Assembly: GCA_951406725.2 (NCBI GenBank)
Contig: OX597825.1
Location: 30,194,001 to 30,258,000 of the forward strand
Source of the DNA: Octopus vulgaris
Taxonomy: Eukaryota
Length of the DNA stretch: 64,000 nt
Direction of reading: 5' to 3'
How positions within the stretch are numbered: the stretch's first letter is position 1; the number at the start of each line of letters is the position of its first letter. The notes beneath the pieces are model-generated. The model had not been told where the DNA came from, ran no database searches, and saw only the letters and a list, made by a program, of their open reading frames with translations. Shown here one piece after another: positions 1-13,383 of this stretch. The position numbers and the translations under genes were made by a program.

Positions 1-134
1 CCCTTTGCCAAAGCCTCGTGGAGCTTTAGGTGTTTTCGCTCCATAAACACTCACAATGCCCGGTCTGGGAATCGAAACCGTGATCCTACAATCTCAAGTC
101 CACTTCCCTAACCACTGGGCCATTGTGCCTCCAC
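1..134 (-). mobile_element. tRNA-derived SINE, family C (5' part; runs off window)
   Basis: Reverse complement begins gtggaggcacaatggcccagtggttaggg (A box) ... ggtttcgattccc (B box); near-identical to 9705-9836. Confidence 0.85.
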
Positions 135-559
135 TGTATTTCAAGATATTTTAATGTAATTTTGGTAAATATATCTTTTAAAATAAGATGTCAGTGTTAT
201 TTTCATTTTTGCGTAATTTAAATGACAGTATATTCACCGCACCCTGTATATAGGCATCACTCATTTTTCATTTGTTAATGATGATGACCTGAAATCACAC
301 TTGCTTCAGGACCAGAAGTTATATGAGCACAGAATCATGAAGTTGCCAGAAAGAAGGCAAAAGGTCATCAAACAAAATGGAATATATATAATTGATTAAA
401 GTTCATTCTTTGTATGAAAAACAAATTGACTTTTATTTCACACAGTAAAACCGAAATTACTTTCTTGCTAACACAATACTTATACATATATGCATTTTTA
501 TACATGCTCATACCTGTATACATGCATAAATATATGTATTTATATATAAAATTATTATT

Positions 560-1463
560 AAACAAAGGACATACTGAGTATATCTGCCTGCTGGAAATAA
601 CAGTCAAAAACTCTTATTTAAACTGCCAAAAAAATAATACTGATAATAACTACAGAAGTCAACCATACATGAGCAAACTGGTCAAGAAAATCATTCACAT
701 ACCTATATAGCATCCAGCAATATATTTTCTAGTATTTGAACTCACGTGGACCGGTTTCCAAATTAGCATTATAGTCTTACCCTCCTCAGCACGTGTTGCC
801 ACAATGAAAAAAGTTTCCCAACCTGTCACATTGAAGTCTGTGATGCACTGATTTGTCTTGTGCAAAATCATAATATTCTCAGTGTGAAAAGAACTCCAAT
901 AAGGAGAAAATAATTCAGGAGTGAATATTTGCGAAGATGTTATTAACTCTATTATTATCTAGGGTAATATGAGTAAATTGATAATAACAGACTTAATAAT
1001 ATAGGTGCTTGCAGACCCAAAAAAGCATTCAATAGCTGAAAGATTGAAATTTATATTAATCAAAGGACATACTGAGTATGTCTACCTCCTGGAAATAACA
1101 GTCAAATCTCTTATCTAAACTGCTGGAAAAATAACACTGATAATAACTACAGCAGTCAACCATATGTGAGCAAACAGGCCAATATATCTATATAGCATCC
1201 AGTTATATATTTTCTAGTATTTTTTCAGTGGTTTAAATAAGAGTTTTGACTGTTATTTCCAGCAGGTAGACATACTCAGTATGTCCTTTGATTAATATAA
1301 ATTTTAATCCTTCAGCTATTTAATGCATTTTTTGGACTTGCAATTGCCTATGTTATTAATTCTGTTATTATCAATTTACTCATATTACCCTAGATAATAA
1401 TAGAGTTAATAATATTTTAGCAAATATTCCCTCCTTCACTCTTGAATTATTTGCTCCTTATTC
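560..1463. mobile_element. Penelope-like pLTR-type non-coding element (direct plus inverted repeats)
   Basis: 560-735 recurs directly at about 1058-1222; 898-1133 is inverted at 1218-1463; hammerhead motif lies between the direct copies. Confidence 0.6.
743..795 (-). ncRNA. Minimal type-I hammerhead ribozyme motif
   Basis: Minus strand reads cacgtg-CTGAGGA-gggtaagactataatgctaatttg-GAAA-ccgg-TC-cacgtg: intact core, 6-bp stem I, palindromic CCGG in place of stem III; stem II pairing is weak. Confidence 0.7.
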
Positions 1464-1481
1464 ATATATATATATATATAT

Positions 1482-1995
1482 CATCATCATCATCATCATC
1501 ATCATCGTTTAACATCCGCTTTCCATGCTAGCATGGGTTGGACGGTTCAACTGGGGTCTGGGAAGCCCGAAGGCTGCACCAGGCCAGTCAGATCTGGCAG
1601 TGTTTCTACAGCTGGATGCCCTTCCTAACGCCAACCACTCCGAGAGTGTAGTGGGTGATTTTATGTGCCACCGACACAGGTGCCAGACGAGGCTGGCGAA
1701 CGGCCACACTTGGATGGTGCTTTTTACGTGCCACCGGCACGGAGGCCAGTCAATGCGGTACTGGCTACGGCCACATTCAGATGGTTTTCGTATGTGCCAC
1801 CGGCACTGGTACCACAAAACTACAAATTCCATTAATGTTCATCGAGTTTGCTTTTGATTTTGTCCATTTTCACTTGCCTCAACAGGTCTTCACAAGTAGA
1901 GTTATGTGTCCCAAGAAGGAAGGTATGCATAGGTGCACTGACTACGTTCCAGGTAGGGGTCATGGGTTATGGCCTCACTTGTCCAGCCGGGGACA
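1482..1995 (-). mobile_element. SINE family D (MetaSINE-like ggaagggcatccagc domain, (GAT)n tail)
   Basis: Matches 17975-18220 and 25460-25740 in reverse; internal repeats of gtgccaccg(g/a)cac; (cat)n tail at 1482-1506. Confidence 0.85.
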
Positions 1996-2403
1996 CATAT
2001 ATATATATATGTGTATGTGTGTGTGTGTGTGTGTATAAATATATATGTATGTATATATGATTATAAGGGAAAAGATTTTCTCCAAAGCATAGACCTCACT
2101 CTGAAGTGCTCAAGATATTCAAACCTGAGGCATTATATATATATATATACACACGTGTATACATACATAGATACAAACATATACAAACATATACAAACAT
2201 ATACAAACATATATGTGCATACATGCACACACACATACACACATAAGGTAACCACTCATCCACACATATATATAAACACATGCATCATCATCATCATCAT
2301 TTAACGGTCCTTTTCTATGCTGGCAAGGGTTGAACAGTTTGAAAGGAGGTGGCCAGCTGGAGAGCTGTTCAGATTACATGTCTGTCGATTGCTTCAGGAA
2401 GAA

Positions 2404-2457
2404 TGTGCATTTATACATGATGATCTTGGTGAGACATTTATTATCTAAAGGGCAGGA
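2404..2457 (-). pseudogene. Penelope-like element ORF remnant (Cys-rich linker and start of GIY-YIG endonuclease)
   Basis: Translates SCPLDNKCLTKIIMYKCT, matching the CPLxxxCLxxxxxY motif that precedes the GIY-YIG domain of PLE proteins. Confidence 0.55.
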
Positions 2458-2710
2458 CACAAAGGTCGCTTGAGAATGCATAGTTTTTTTGTAGGTGTTA
2501 TAGGGAAAGTTGTGGGATTTTTCCACCTGATGTTAACTGGGCATTGTAGGGGTCATATATTCTAGTATTAGGAAGTGCAGCGATAGTAGTAATGAGGGAG
2601 CAATCTGTATGATATAATTTATTGTAGCTTTCAATTTCTGTCTAACAAATCCACTCGCAATGCTTTTGAGCAGCTCAGGGCTTTAGTAGAACACACATGT
2701 CCAATGTTAT

Positions 2711-3010
2711 GGAGGCACATGGCTTAGTGGTTAGAGCAGCGGACTCACGGTTGAGGGATTGTGGGTTTGAATCTCAGACCGGGCAATGTGTGTGTTTATG
2801 AGCGAAACACCTGATCTCCACACGGCTCTGCAAGAAGGTAATTGCAAAACTTCTGCTAACTCTTTTACCACAACTTTCTCTCACTCTTTCCTCCTGCATC
2901 TTGCAGCCCACCTGCAATAGACCGGCGTCCTGTCCAGGTGGGGAACCTATATGCCAAGGAAACCGGGAAACTGGCCCTTATGAGCCAGGCATGGCTCGAG
3001 AAGGAAGGAA
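2711..3010 (+). mobile_element. SINE family C (tRNA head, V-domain-like gaccggcgtcctgtccagg)
   Basis: ggaggcacatggcttagtggttagagc A box and gggtttgaatc B box; homologous to 57740-58000 (minus). Confidence 0.85.
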
Positions 3011-3827
3011 CTTGTCCAATGTACCACACAATGGGTCTGAACCTGAAGTCAATGTAGTTGTGAAGCAAAATGGTTATTGTTATTAATATATAATTTGTTC
3101 TCCATGATGTAGTCTTCATCAAGACCTTTTATTCAGTTTTTGCACTTTCCTCCTTCTATGGCAATAATACATAAAATCATTTAATTTTCAGAGATTATTA
3201 ATCACTGCTAGTTCAAACCTCACATCGAAGGTTCAATTTTTGTATCACCTTTATCCATTTATAAATCCTGATTGTTTTTGACTTCTTCTATTTTCGATTT
3301 CTTTTCTTTTCATTTGTTATTTCTTTCTTCTCTATCATTTCACTTCACTTTCCTTTAAATAACAATACAAATTCATCTTCCCCCTAATTAACTTGCTCTG
3401 TTGATTGGTTGTGTTGACTGTGTATTTCTAACACATTAAGTAAGAAACACAAGTTTATTCAACCAATATACACAACTAAATAAAATTTGTATTAACTTCG
3501 GGCAAAAAAGAGAAAATTTCCTTGCAAAGACTAATTTCCGGATAAAATATAAAAAACATGAAAAAAACCCACAAAATAAACTAGAAAACAACAACAGCAA
3601 AAATTATATTATTAACTCCATCTTTGTTTTCCCATATATAGTTACAAATAAATAATACCAATAAAATAAACTAACAGCAATCTTAAAGCAACAATATTTC
3701 TGCTAGCTTCAAGACAAAAATTTACTTTTACCTTTCTTTTTGTTCCTATCAGCATTTCTAAGAAAATGCATTCTGTACAGAAATGAATATTTATTCCTTA
3801 TTTTCCTTCTCCTTTATTCTCTCCCCT

Positions 3828-3837
3828 CTATCTATCC

Positions 3838-3904
<67 letters not shown>

Positions 3905-4038
3905 AATCTATCTATCTTTCTATCTATCTATTTATCTATCTAACAATCTAGCTAACTAGCTATCTATCTATCTATTTATCTATCCATCTATCCATCCATC
4001 TATCTATCTAGCTAACTATCTATCTATCTATCTATCTT

Positions 4039-4114
<76 letters not shown>

Positions 4115-4150
4115 ACTATCTATCTATCTATCTATCTATCTATATATCTA
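3828..4150. repeat. (TATC)n microsatellite
   Basis: Directly visible. Confidence 0.98.
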
Positions 4151-6639
4151 ACTATCATTCTCTCCTCACTCTTACCCTCTCTCTCCCTCTCTTTCCTCAT
4201 ATATATATATATAGATAGATAGATATGTATGTGTGGATGTGTGTATGCATATATATATATATATATTTGCTTTTGACCGAGTATCTGTGTGTATGCATGT
4301 ATGCATGTATATATGCATATAAACACACACACACACACACGCACACATATATATATATATACTTATATATATATAACTACATGTAAATTCAGATTTGTGG
4401 ATGCATGAACATACACACAGAGACACACACAAGCACACACACACACAGACACACACAAGCACACACAAACACATACAACATATAGACACATATATTCACA
4501 CATAAAACACAAGTGTGCAGTGCAATGAAAATCGTTGAGTATAAATGGGACAATTAACATTCAAATTGAGAATTGTGAATTTCATTTGATTAGCTTGATG
4601 AAAGTCCAATAGGGCTTCTTGTAATTACAACTGTGTGGGAACGAAAATCGAAGATCAAAGTATAAAATAATTTGGTCAGAAACTCATCAATTGACTTCAG
4701 ATTTTTACACTTTGTTGTGTTAATATTTTTAACTATTGTTTGTATATTTTTTTTTCTGTCTTCGTATGTGTTTTGCTTTATTTGTACTTTTTTGGTTTTT
4801 TTTTGTTTATGCATATGTGCTTATATGCGTATTTGTGTAATTATTTTCTTCATCAATCAAGAGCATTTATGAATCGCACAATGTTAATTGTGGTGGTGGC
4901 TGTGGTGATTGTGGTAGTGGTGCTGCTGCTGCTGTTGGTGGTGGTGGTGGTGGTGGTGGTGGTGGTTATAGTGGTGGTGGTGGTGCAAGTGTGAGGAAAA
5001 CTTCTAAATCAAATTATTAAATCTTCCTCTCAAAATGACATCCTATAAAGTAAAAAAAAAAACCCAGAAAAATTGAAAGAAAAAATGATAAAAAGAAAGA
5101 TATATACCAAGAAGAAATTCCTAATATACAGAAAGATGTTATTACTGTTGTTGCTGTTGCTGTTGTTGTTGCTATTGAGCCCCAGGTCTACTCTGATCAA
5201 GCTGGTTTTAAATCAATGTTCCCCCTAAGCTGTTTGCTTGTGTGCGTGCACACTTGTTTCACATCTAGCGCACAAAGGGAAAACATGTGCAGAGAGAGAT
5301 TTTTCATGAAGAAACAGAATTTAGGTTTTTTTTATTAAAGATGGATACTCTCATAGAAGCACATAAGTTTGTAAAGAAAGACAAAATTTACCCAGAAATT
5401 TGCTTCAGCACAAACCCACCAGAAAAAAAATTTAGTGATGTCTTTGCTTATATTGACAGGTATTCCATTCGTGACTACTTTATCATTTTAGTTAAGTGAC
5501 AGACCTGGATTAAAATGGGAAAATTGGTGAGAAACAAAGAACAAAATCAATTAGCTACAAGAGAGAGAAGCTAGATGTCAGGTCAGAAATATTCAGTAAA
5601 GGAATAAAGAAGAAGAAATAGACTTATATATGTTCTTATCCAAACGAGTTGTGTTGGTAGGAATTTCCTCAAAGCTTTAAAGTTCTGGGGAAATTCCAAG
5701 AAAGACAGAAACTTTTATATTATGCATTCTGTTATAGCTGAAAAAATTTAGTACTGTGTTGAAAGGTCTAAAGGTCACAGGTCAGCACTCCAGCTCCTGT
5801 TGCAACAGGCATTAATACAAAAAACTAATAAATCTCAAGACTTAGTTGTAAAAAGATATCATGTCAGTTCATGGCTCAAGTCATTTCATAAATGATGCAC
5901 AGACTGATAATCATGTAAACCAGTACCTTCTGTTCCTTGGCCAAGCTGTCAGTGGATAAAGCAGGAACAGAACTCTGGGGTGGTTAAACCTTGGTGGGTG
6001 CAGGGTGTATAGTCAACTTAAACAGACAAAAATACAAAACCATTCTCTAAGGATGGATGAACTAAACAAGGGTTCAGCAGCTATCTTTAAAAGCCTACAA
6101 ATTGTGGTGAGATCTCATTAAGGCTTTTGAGTCTAGCATTGCTGACTCTCTTGACAACTCCTGCATCTAACTGTTCCCTTCAGATATACAGGACTCACTT
6201 TAACTATATCTTGGGAGACTTGTAGGCAAGAATCACTTTGAGAAGTGAAAGAACCCTTCCACGTAATTTAAATCAATTATAATTAGGATTATTAGCAGCT
6301 CATCTTGCACATTGTCATAAATTGCAGACAATGTTTCATGCTTACTATTTTACGAAAGCATATCCATTTTCTTATATCAGTCACTGAACTGTGACCATGC
6401 TGGAGTATTGTGATTAAATAATTTGTGAATTTGCATTGCCAAATTCAATTCTTCTTGTGGACCTTGCAGAGGCACAAAACCAAGATCCATGTTTTCAGTC
6501 TGAGCAGGAATTTGTCCTTTTTTTTTCTTTCAATCATATAGTAAGTGGAGGAAGAACAACTCCTGTGACCCCTCTCAGAGTCTTTGCAAATTGGAAACTT
6601 GTCCTTAATTTAACAACAGAAAGGTTTCTGTTAAAAATG

Positions 6640-6877
6640 AAGGCAGCGAGCTGGCAGAATCATAAGCATGCCGGGCGAAATGCTTAGCAGTATTTCGTCT
6701 GCCGTTATGTTCTGAGTTCAAATTCCGCTGAAGTCGACTTTGCCTTTCATCCTTTTGGGGTCGATAAATTAAGTACCAGTTATGCAGTGGGGTCGATGTA
6801 ATCGACTTAATCCCTTTGTCTGTCCTTTTTATGTACCCCTCTATGTTTAGCCCTTTGTGGGCAATAAAGAAATAAGA
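6640..6877 (+). mobile_element. SINE family B (tRNA head, Nin-like aagtaccag...ggggtcgat domain)
   Basis: Full-length copy with an imperfect TSD tttctgttaaaaa / tttttgttaaaaa. Confidence 0.88.
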
Positions 6878-7645
6878 TTTTTGTTAAAAACACCCAAAGG
6901 CCAGGAAGTGGTGTTAAACTGGGTGGTAGAGGAAGTCTACCACTCAAAGACACAATCATTTCTTCTTACAGGCTTCCACTCATTTTCCATCAATCAAATT
7001 TCACTCTAAAGACTTTGGTTTATTTGCAGCTGCAGAAGTCAAATTGTCCAAATCACTGAGCAGTGGAAGTGAACTTGTAACTGCACAGTTGCAAAGTGAC
7101 TTTCTGATGATTGAATTGCAATAGTTCATCCAATGCTAAATGTTCCATTCGTAGAATTACATCACCAATTTGATGTGTAACTAAAACCACAAGGGATTCT
7201 ATAATGGTGATAGCAATTATACACTATAAGTTATATATAAAACATAATTGAAAAGTTAATCTCTGTTGTCTGAGTTTGGAAATCATTGTCCAAGTCTCTT
7301 TTATAGCTTCTGATGTGTAATGGAATCAATGTCATAAAAATCAATCATTGCACTTCTATAATTTGATACAATGGAATTCATTCCAGCTATTTCATCAAAT
7401 GTCTATAGCTTACATGTAAGTAATTAACTAAAACTGTAACTAACAAACCAGTTACTATATTACAGTACTATCTGGATTTATATGAATACACTGTCTCAAA
7501 TTACTTAACATGGAATTAACATCCAAGGGGGATACATACTGGTTAACAAAATGTGGATGTGCTCCATAGCCTTAGTGAAATATTCCTCACCAAAGTGCTC
7601 AACAAATGTCCATATAAATTATGAGTTATTAGGGGCTATAACATT

Positions 7646-7998
7646 AAACTCCACCCGTCTAACACCCGTGGACATATTTACAAAGTCAGAAAACAGCACA
7701 GCTCCCATGACTTTAGGAAACATTTTTTCACGCTGAGAGTTGCTGAAGCATGGAACAAACTGCCGGCATTAGTTGTTAGTTGTCAGAGCACTGCATCCTT
7801 CAAAACTTCCATGATTTCTGAGATTCGCCAACACTACACCTGATTTTCTTCCCTCCATACACGCACAAGCATGTATTTGACTCATACATTGTTCGCTTTC
7901 CAGACATTTGTACATTACTGCATATACTTTATACGCACTTTCTGATAAGTTGTGGTGCACCTGAGCACTGTATACAATAATTTCATTATTATTATTAT
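7646..7998 (+). mobile_element. CR1-clade LINE 3' fragment
   Basis: 7646-7843 translates KLHPSNTRGHIYKVRKQHSSHDFRKHFFTLRVAEAWNKLPALVVSCQSTASFKTSM...*, the CR1 ORF2 C-terminal TRGH...FFxxRVxxxWNxLP signature; 3' UTR ends in (att)n. Confidence 0.88.
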
Positions 7999-8150
7999 TT
8001 AAATTAGTACCATGAAAGAATAAACAGAAAGAGTCAACTTCTGGTACTTGATATGAATCAAATGTTTCATGAGGTTATCCTATAGTAAGTCTTCTGCTGT
8101 AAACTGTTCAGTTTTGAGAACTTTATTGTTCATCAAATGGTACTAGAAAT

Positions 8151-8405
8151 ACTCTTACTCTTTACTTGTTTCACTCATGTGACTGTGGCCCTGCTGGAGC
8201 ACCGCCTTTAGTCGAACAAATCGATCCCACGACTTATTTCTTGTAAGCCTAGTACTTATTCTATCTGTCTCTTTTGCCAAACTGCTAAGTTACGGGGATG
8301 TAAACACACCAGCATTGGTTGTCAAGCAATGTCGGGGGGACAAACACAGACACACAAATATATACACTTCTTTCAGCTTCCGTCTACCAAATCCACTCGC
8401 AAGGA
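8151..8405 (-). mobile_element. SINE family A, 3' portion
   Basis: Matches 28325-28620; tail gtaaaagagt. Confidence 0.85.
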
Positions 8406-8510
8406 TTTTTCTATGACCACTAGTATGAAATTATCAGTCATATAAAGTTATATATAAAATTGCCTAAAACAGACACATTTTATATTATATTCACCAAAAA
8501 TGGAACTGCC

Positions 8511-8558
<48 letters not shown>

Positions 8559-8564
8559 TTAAAT

Positions 8565-8765
8565 CTATAGAAAAACAAATATGAAGACAGGTGTAGGAAT
8601 AACAAGCAAGTGTATTAGTTTGATGCTCGGAAGAATAGCAAAGTCTTTCATATTTCGAGCCTGTGCTCTTTGACAGAAAGGAATGAGAGGGGGGAAAGTG
8701 GAGAAAAGAAAGAAAACAATAGAGAGAGAAAAATATGTGGACTTTCTCAATCCATGACTAACACT
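8565..8765 (-). mobile_element. Penelope-like short element with degenerate hammerhead
   Basis: Inverted homolog of 10880-11060; minus strand cttt-CTGTCAA-a-gagc-acag-gctc-GAAA-tatg-aaag. Confidence 0.55.
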
Positions 8766-9430
8766 CAAAACACTTTGATGACATACAATATGCATGCAGA
8801 CATACATGTGTATGTGTGTTTGTATGTGCATACATAAGTATAAATGCATATATGTATGCATGTATAATTTGTGTGAATATATATAAAAGCACATGTGTGT
8901 GGGGAACAGTTGATGGATGTGTGTGTGTGTTGCATTACATATTGTGAGTATATGTGTAAGTGTATGTATGTGTATATATACATACATGTTAACATGGATA
9001 TAATAAAATAGAGGAAAAGAGAAAGAGAGATGTTTTCAAAACATTGGCTAAAACTAATTTGACAAAAACTAAAAACTGACCAGATGAATACAATTCAAAC
9101 CATCACAGGAGCCACCCTGCTCTCTCTTTCACTCTCTGTCTTGCTTTCTTCTTTCTTTCTCCTTTTCTTTGTCCTTTCTTTTCTCATTCTCTCTCTCTTC
9201 CTTGTTCTTCTTCCTGTCTTTCTTTCTTTCATTCTTTCTCTCTTTGTTTCCTTTTAACAAAGCTCTTGAAAAAACTCATCACATACTCATTCTTACACAC
9301 ATGTGCATGAGAGAGAGAGAGAAAGAAAGGGACAGAGATATAAAAAGAAAGAAAAAGAGAGAGGGAGAGAGAGCGTTAACAAGAATGAGGACAGAAACAT
9401 GCGCTTCTGTAAAGGAGATAGATGTAGATA

Positions 9431-9483
<53 letters not shown>

Positions 9484-9533
9484 TAGAAGGAAGTTCTAAT
9501 GACAACTAGGAAGCCTTCACTCTCAGTAGTTTC

Positions 9534-9836
9534 GTCACCCTTTTCAAACCCAGCCAGGTTCATGGGCCCGGTTTCCCAGTTTCTGTGGCATATGTGTTCC
9601 CCCAGCTGGACGGGACACCAGTCCATCGCAGCATTACTCAAGAAACATGAAGAGAGAGTGATAGAAATTTGGGGCGAAAGAGTACAACAGGGGTCGCCAC
9701 TACCCCCTGCCGGAGCCTCGTGGAGCTTTTAGGTGTTTTTGCTCAATAAACACACACAACGCTCAGTCTGGGAATCGAAACCGCGATCCTCTGACCGAGA
9801 GGCCGCTGCCCTAACTACTGGGCCATCGTGCCTCCA
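9534..9836 (-). mobile_element. SINE family C
   Basis: tRNA head at the right end; TSD cactctcagtagttt / cactcttagtagttt. Confidence 0.88.
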
Positions 9837-10481
9837 CTCTTAGTAGTTTACATGTTAATTAACCTATAGCTGGGACCCTAACAAGTGCTACTAATCTGGT
9901 GAGAATAGACCTGGAGACAATAATGACCAAGTAATGGTTCCACACTCCACAAAACCGTTGACCTTTCACACCAGGGCCTCACAACAGGATGCAGTTAAAA
10001 ATCATTTCCAAAACATTATCACTAATATATGATTCAATATGTGAGTTTCTCATGGCAACAGAACCTGCTAGAAATAACAGCTAACTCTATATTAAATCGT
10101 ATGCTACTATTTAGAAAAAGTTAATACAATGGATGATGTGATTTCATGTAAACAATGTCTGAAAAAATAAAGAAAGAAAGAAAGAAAGCGAACAATGGGA
10201 TTTGTCACAACAAGAATTACATTGGTGTTAGGTTTGCTCATTCAGTGCTGACTTAGGTGTAAACAACAAGGTATATATTTAGATGTATTTTAGGTTTTGA
10301 AATAATTTTCAAGCTTTGAAAATTAGAGGTAGTAAGAAAGTGCATTCATTCAAAAGCCAAAGTTTGGTTATTTCGTTCTGTCTAGAATCGTACACCAGCG
10401 TAGTGGAAGACTTCTGCTTCTTTAAACTCTTTAAGTAGTTGCCTAGGCATCCATACAGTTGCTGCATATGTGTGTATATAA

Positions 10482-10535
<54 letters not shown>

Positions 10536-10710
10536 ATGTCTTTTTCTGTCTGTCTGTCTGTCTCTCTCTCTATGTATATATATTCACATATTTATATATG
10601 TATATGTATGTATATAAATATATATATGTATATATATAGATATGTGTGCATATTTATATATATGTATACATATATAGAAATAAATAAATATATGTATGTA
10701 TGTATGTATG

Positions 10711-10764
<54 letters not shown>

Positions 10765-10934
10765 TACATTTATATACATGCTCCAGCATGGCCACTGTCA
10801 AATGACTGAAACAAGTAAAAGAGTAAAAGAGTATACATATATATATGTGTGTGTATCTATGTGTATATTCGCCATGATAGATCGCTAGCCACTACACATT
10901 CTTTATTTTCTCTCCTTGTTTCTTTCTGTGTTCC

Positions 10935-10968
10935 TTTCTGAGGAAGAGCGTAGGCTTGAAACGTTAAA
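10935..10968 (+). ncRNA. Minimal type-I hammerhead motif in a Penelope-like short element (about 10880-11060)
   Basis: ttt-CTGAGGA-a-gagc-gtag-gctt-GAAA-cg-TT-aaa; core intact, 4-bp stem II, AACGTT palindrome. Confidence 0.6.
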
Positions 10969-11152
10969 AACTTTTTCAATTCCCAAGCATTATACTAATA
11001 CATCTGTTTGTAGTCTACACCACCTGTCTTCGTCTTCTGTTTCTTTGTGAATTCTCCCTATATATACGTATATGTATATATGTATACATATATGTATATA
11101 TGTATATATATGTCTGTATATGTCTGTATATGTCTGTATATGTATATGTATA

Positions 11153-11214
<62 letters not shown>

Positions 11215-11914
11215 TGTATGTATGCATATATGTATATATATATATGTGTGTGTGTGTGTGTTTTCGTATATATGTATGTGTATATATATATTTATATTTA
11301 TATTTATATAGAACAACTATTGGCATGAAATTGACAAAAATATCTTAAGGAAAGTTTCCCATCCAGGGTTATACAATACACAGACTGGTTGATTGAATTA
11401 TAGTTTGTTTGGATAAATATACTGAAGCATATTTTGGTCTCACTGCGAAAACATTCGTGAGTTAAAAGAAAGTCTACTAAACTTGGTATCTCTCTTTACA
11501 TTTGGGTTATAGATTGGAAATTCTTTTTTCAACAAGACTAGAATATACTAGAATATGTTTACATATTTTGAGTTTAATTTAATTTAATAGTCTACATATG
11601 TTGCATGATGTCTTTGGAAACGTTTTATGACAGTTGAATGGTTAGCAGTAGGCAGAGCATCGGGCTGTAAAAATGACTTGCGCTAGACAAGAAAACAATA
11701 TTTGAATTTGATGGAAGCAAACAATGAAATAAATATATACTATTGATGCTAGTGTTGTAAGAAATAATCCATAGACCAAAGTCCATTCCATACGTGATGC
11801 TACGATGCAGATTCTTGTTTTTGTTACCATATTTCTGTAGACATAGAATGCCTTTCTTTCAAATAATTTTTAAACAATGGAGAATTTGGTAAATAATTTT
11901 GTAAATAAGGCATT

Positions 11915-12115
11915 AAGCTGGTAGAATCACTCCTGTGCCAGACGAAATGCTTACCACCATGTTCATGTTTTGAGCTCAAATTCTGCTGAGGTTGACTCAG
12001 CCTTTCATCTTCTTGTGGTCAACAAAATAAGCACCGATTGTGCGCTGGGGTCCATGTAATTTACTAACCCCTCCCCCATAATTGCTGGCCTTGAGCCAAA
12101 ATTTGAAACCATTAC
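11915..12115 (+). mobile_element. SINE family B, older diverged copy
   Basis: agctggtagaatc...aaattctgctgaggttgactcagcctttcatc...attgctggccttgagccaaaatttgaaacc. Confidence 0.75.
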
Positions 12116-12492
12116 TAAGATGGAAATTTGGATGATAAATTTTAATGAGTTTAAAGCAAGAAGTTTTTATCATAAAACAAGGGCCAGCTTCATGGAATTG
12201 GTAGCAAGTGGATCAAGTAAGGAACAGAACTTAACCATTAGAGTTCGTATCACTGTATCTGATTTAAGTCAAAGACATATTGTCAATTATAAGCTACATT
12301 ATTAACTGGAAGTGGAATCACAACAAAATCTATGTTATAGTGGAAATGGTACACCCCTCCTATGGGACAACTGGTATGACCCAGCCACTATAAAATGAGA
12401 CGACATCAACCTGTACAGGGAGTTGTATCAGTCCTTGTAGAGTCATTGTATGAATTCTTAGTTGGAGTTAAGTGTCACTTATGTGTTATAGT

Positions 12493-13009
12493 GTGGAGGT
12501 GCATGGCTTAGTGGTTAGTGTGTCAGCATCATGATCGTAAGATTGTGGTTTCGATTCCTAAACTGGGCGACGTGTTGTGTTCTTGAGCAAAACACTTCAT
12601 TTCACGTTGCTCCAGTTCACTCAGCTGGCAAAAATGAGTAACGCTGCGATGGACTGGTGTCCCATCTAGCTGGGGAACACATATGTCATAGAAACCAGGA
12701 AACCAGGCCCATTAGCCTGGCTAGGCTTTAAAAAGGGTGCATTTATTTGTATAGGTGCGTGGCTTAGTGGTTAGGGTGTCAGCATCATGATCGTAAGATT
12801 GTGGTTTTGATTCCTGGACCTGGTGACGTGTTGTGTTCTTGAGCAAAGCACTTGATTTCACATTGCTCCGGTCCACTCAGCTGGCAAAAATGAGTAACGC
12901 TGCGATGGACTGGCATCCCATCCAGCTGGGGAACACATATGCCATAGAAACCGGGAAGCCAGGCCCATGAGCCTGGCTAGGCTTTAAAACAGCGCATTTA
13001 TTTTTATTT
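12493..13009 (+). mobile_element. Head-to-tail dimer of a family C-related SINE
   Basis: Two units of about 258 bp; single flanking TSD acttatgtgttatagt (12477-12492) / acttatgttttatagt (13010-13025). Confidence 0.88.
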
Positions 13010-13383
13010 ACTTATGTTTTATAGTCGAGTTCAAGTCACAGTCAAGGTAGACGGTTCAAATTCAGTGTCTTGCAGAGCTAACAGTGATAGTATGATAGAC
13101 AAAGCAGTGTATTACCATTCCGGTATAGAAGAGATACACCATATCTGATGCCAAGAAAATATCGTAGCTACTGGAAAAGATAGAACAGCTACAGCCACAA
13201 CAGTGGCCACACATTATAATTGTGGAAGACACCACAGACATAACATTCTAGTAAGGAAAAATATAAACCGAAATAGCAAATGATTATATCTTTTACTTCT
13301 TATCATTTAATCATTTCTGTCATTTAACTGTGGTCATGCTGAGGGACCACTTTGAAGGGTTTAACTGAGCAAATCAACTCCAG

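Noticed and set aside
1509-2038. Several 100-130 aa ORFs
   Set aside because: Lie within SINE family D, which is multi-copy and non-coding
2711-2785. tRNA-like sequence (also at the heads of other SINEs)
   Set aside because: A and B boxes are present but run into SINE bodies without a proper acceptor stem; not tRNA genes
4594-4659. Plus-strand exon-like segment LDESPIGLLVITTVWERKSKIK (similar cases at 11404-11456, 20421-20536, 23281-23341)
   Set aside because: Weak or one-sided splice signals, no recognisable protein, and expected by chance in AT-rich DNA
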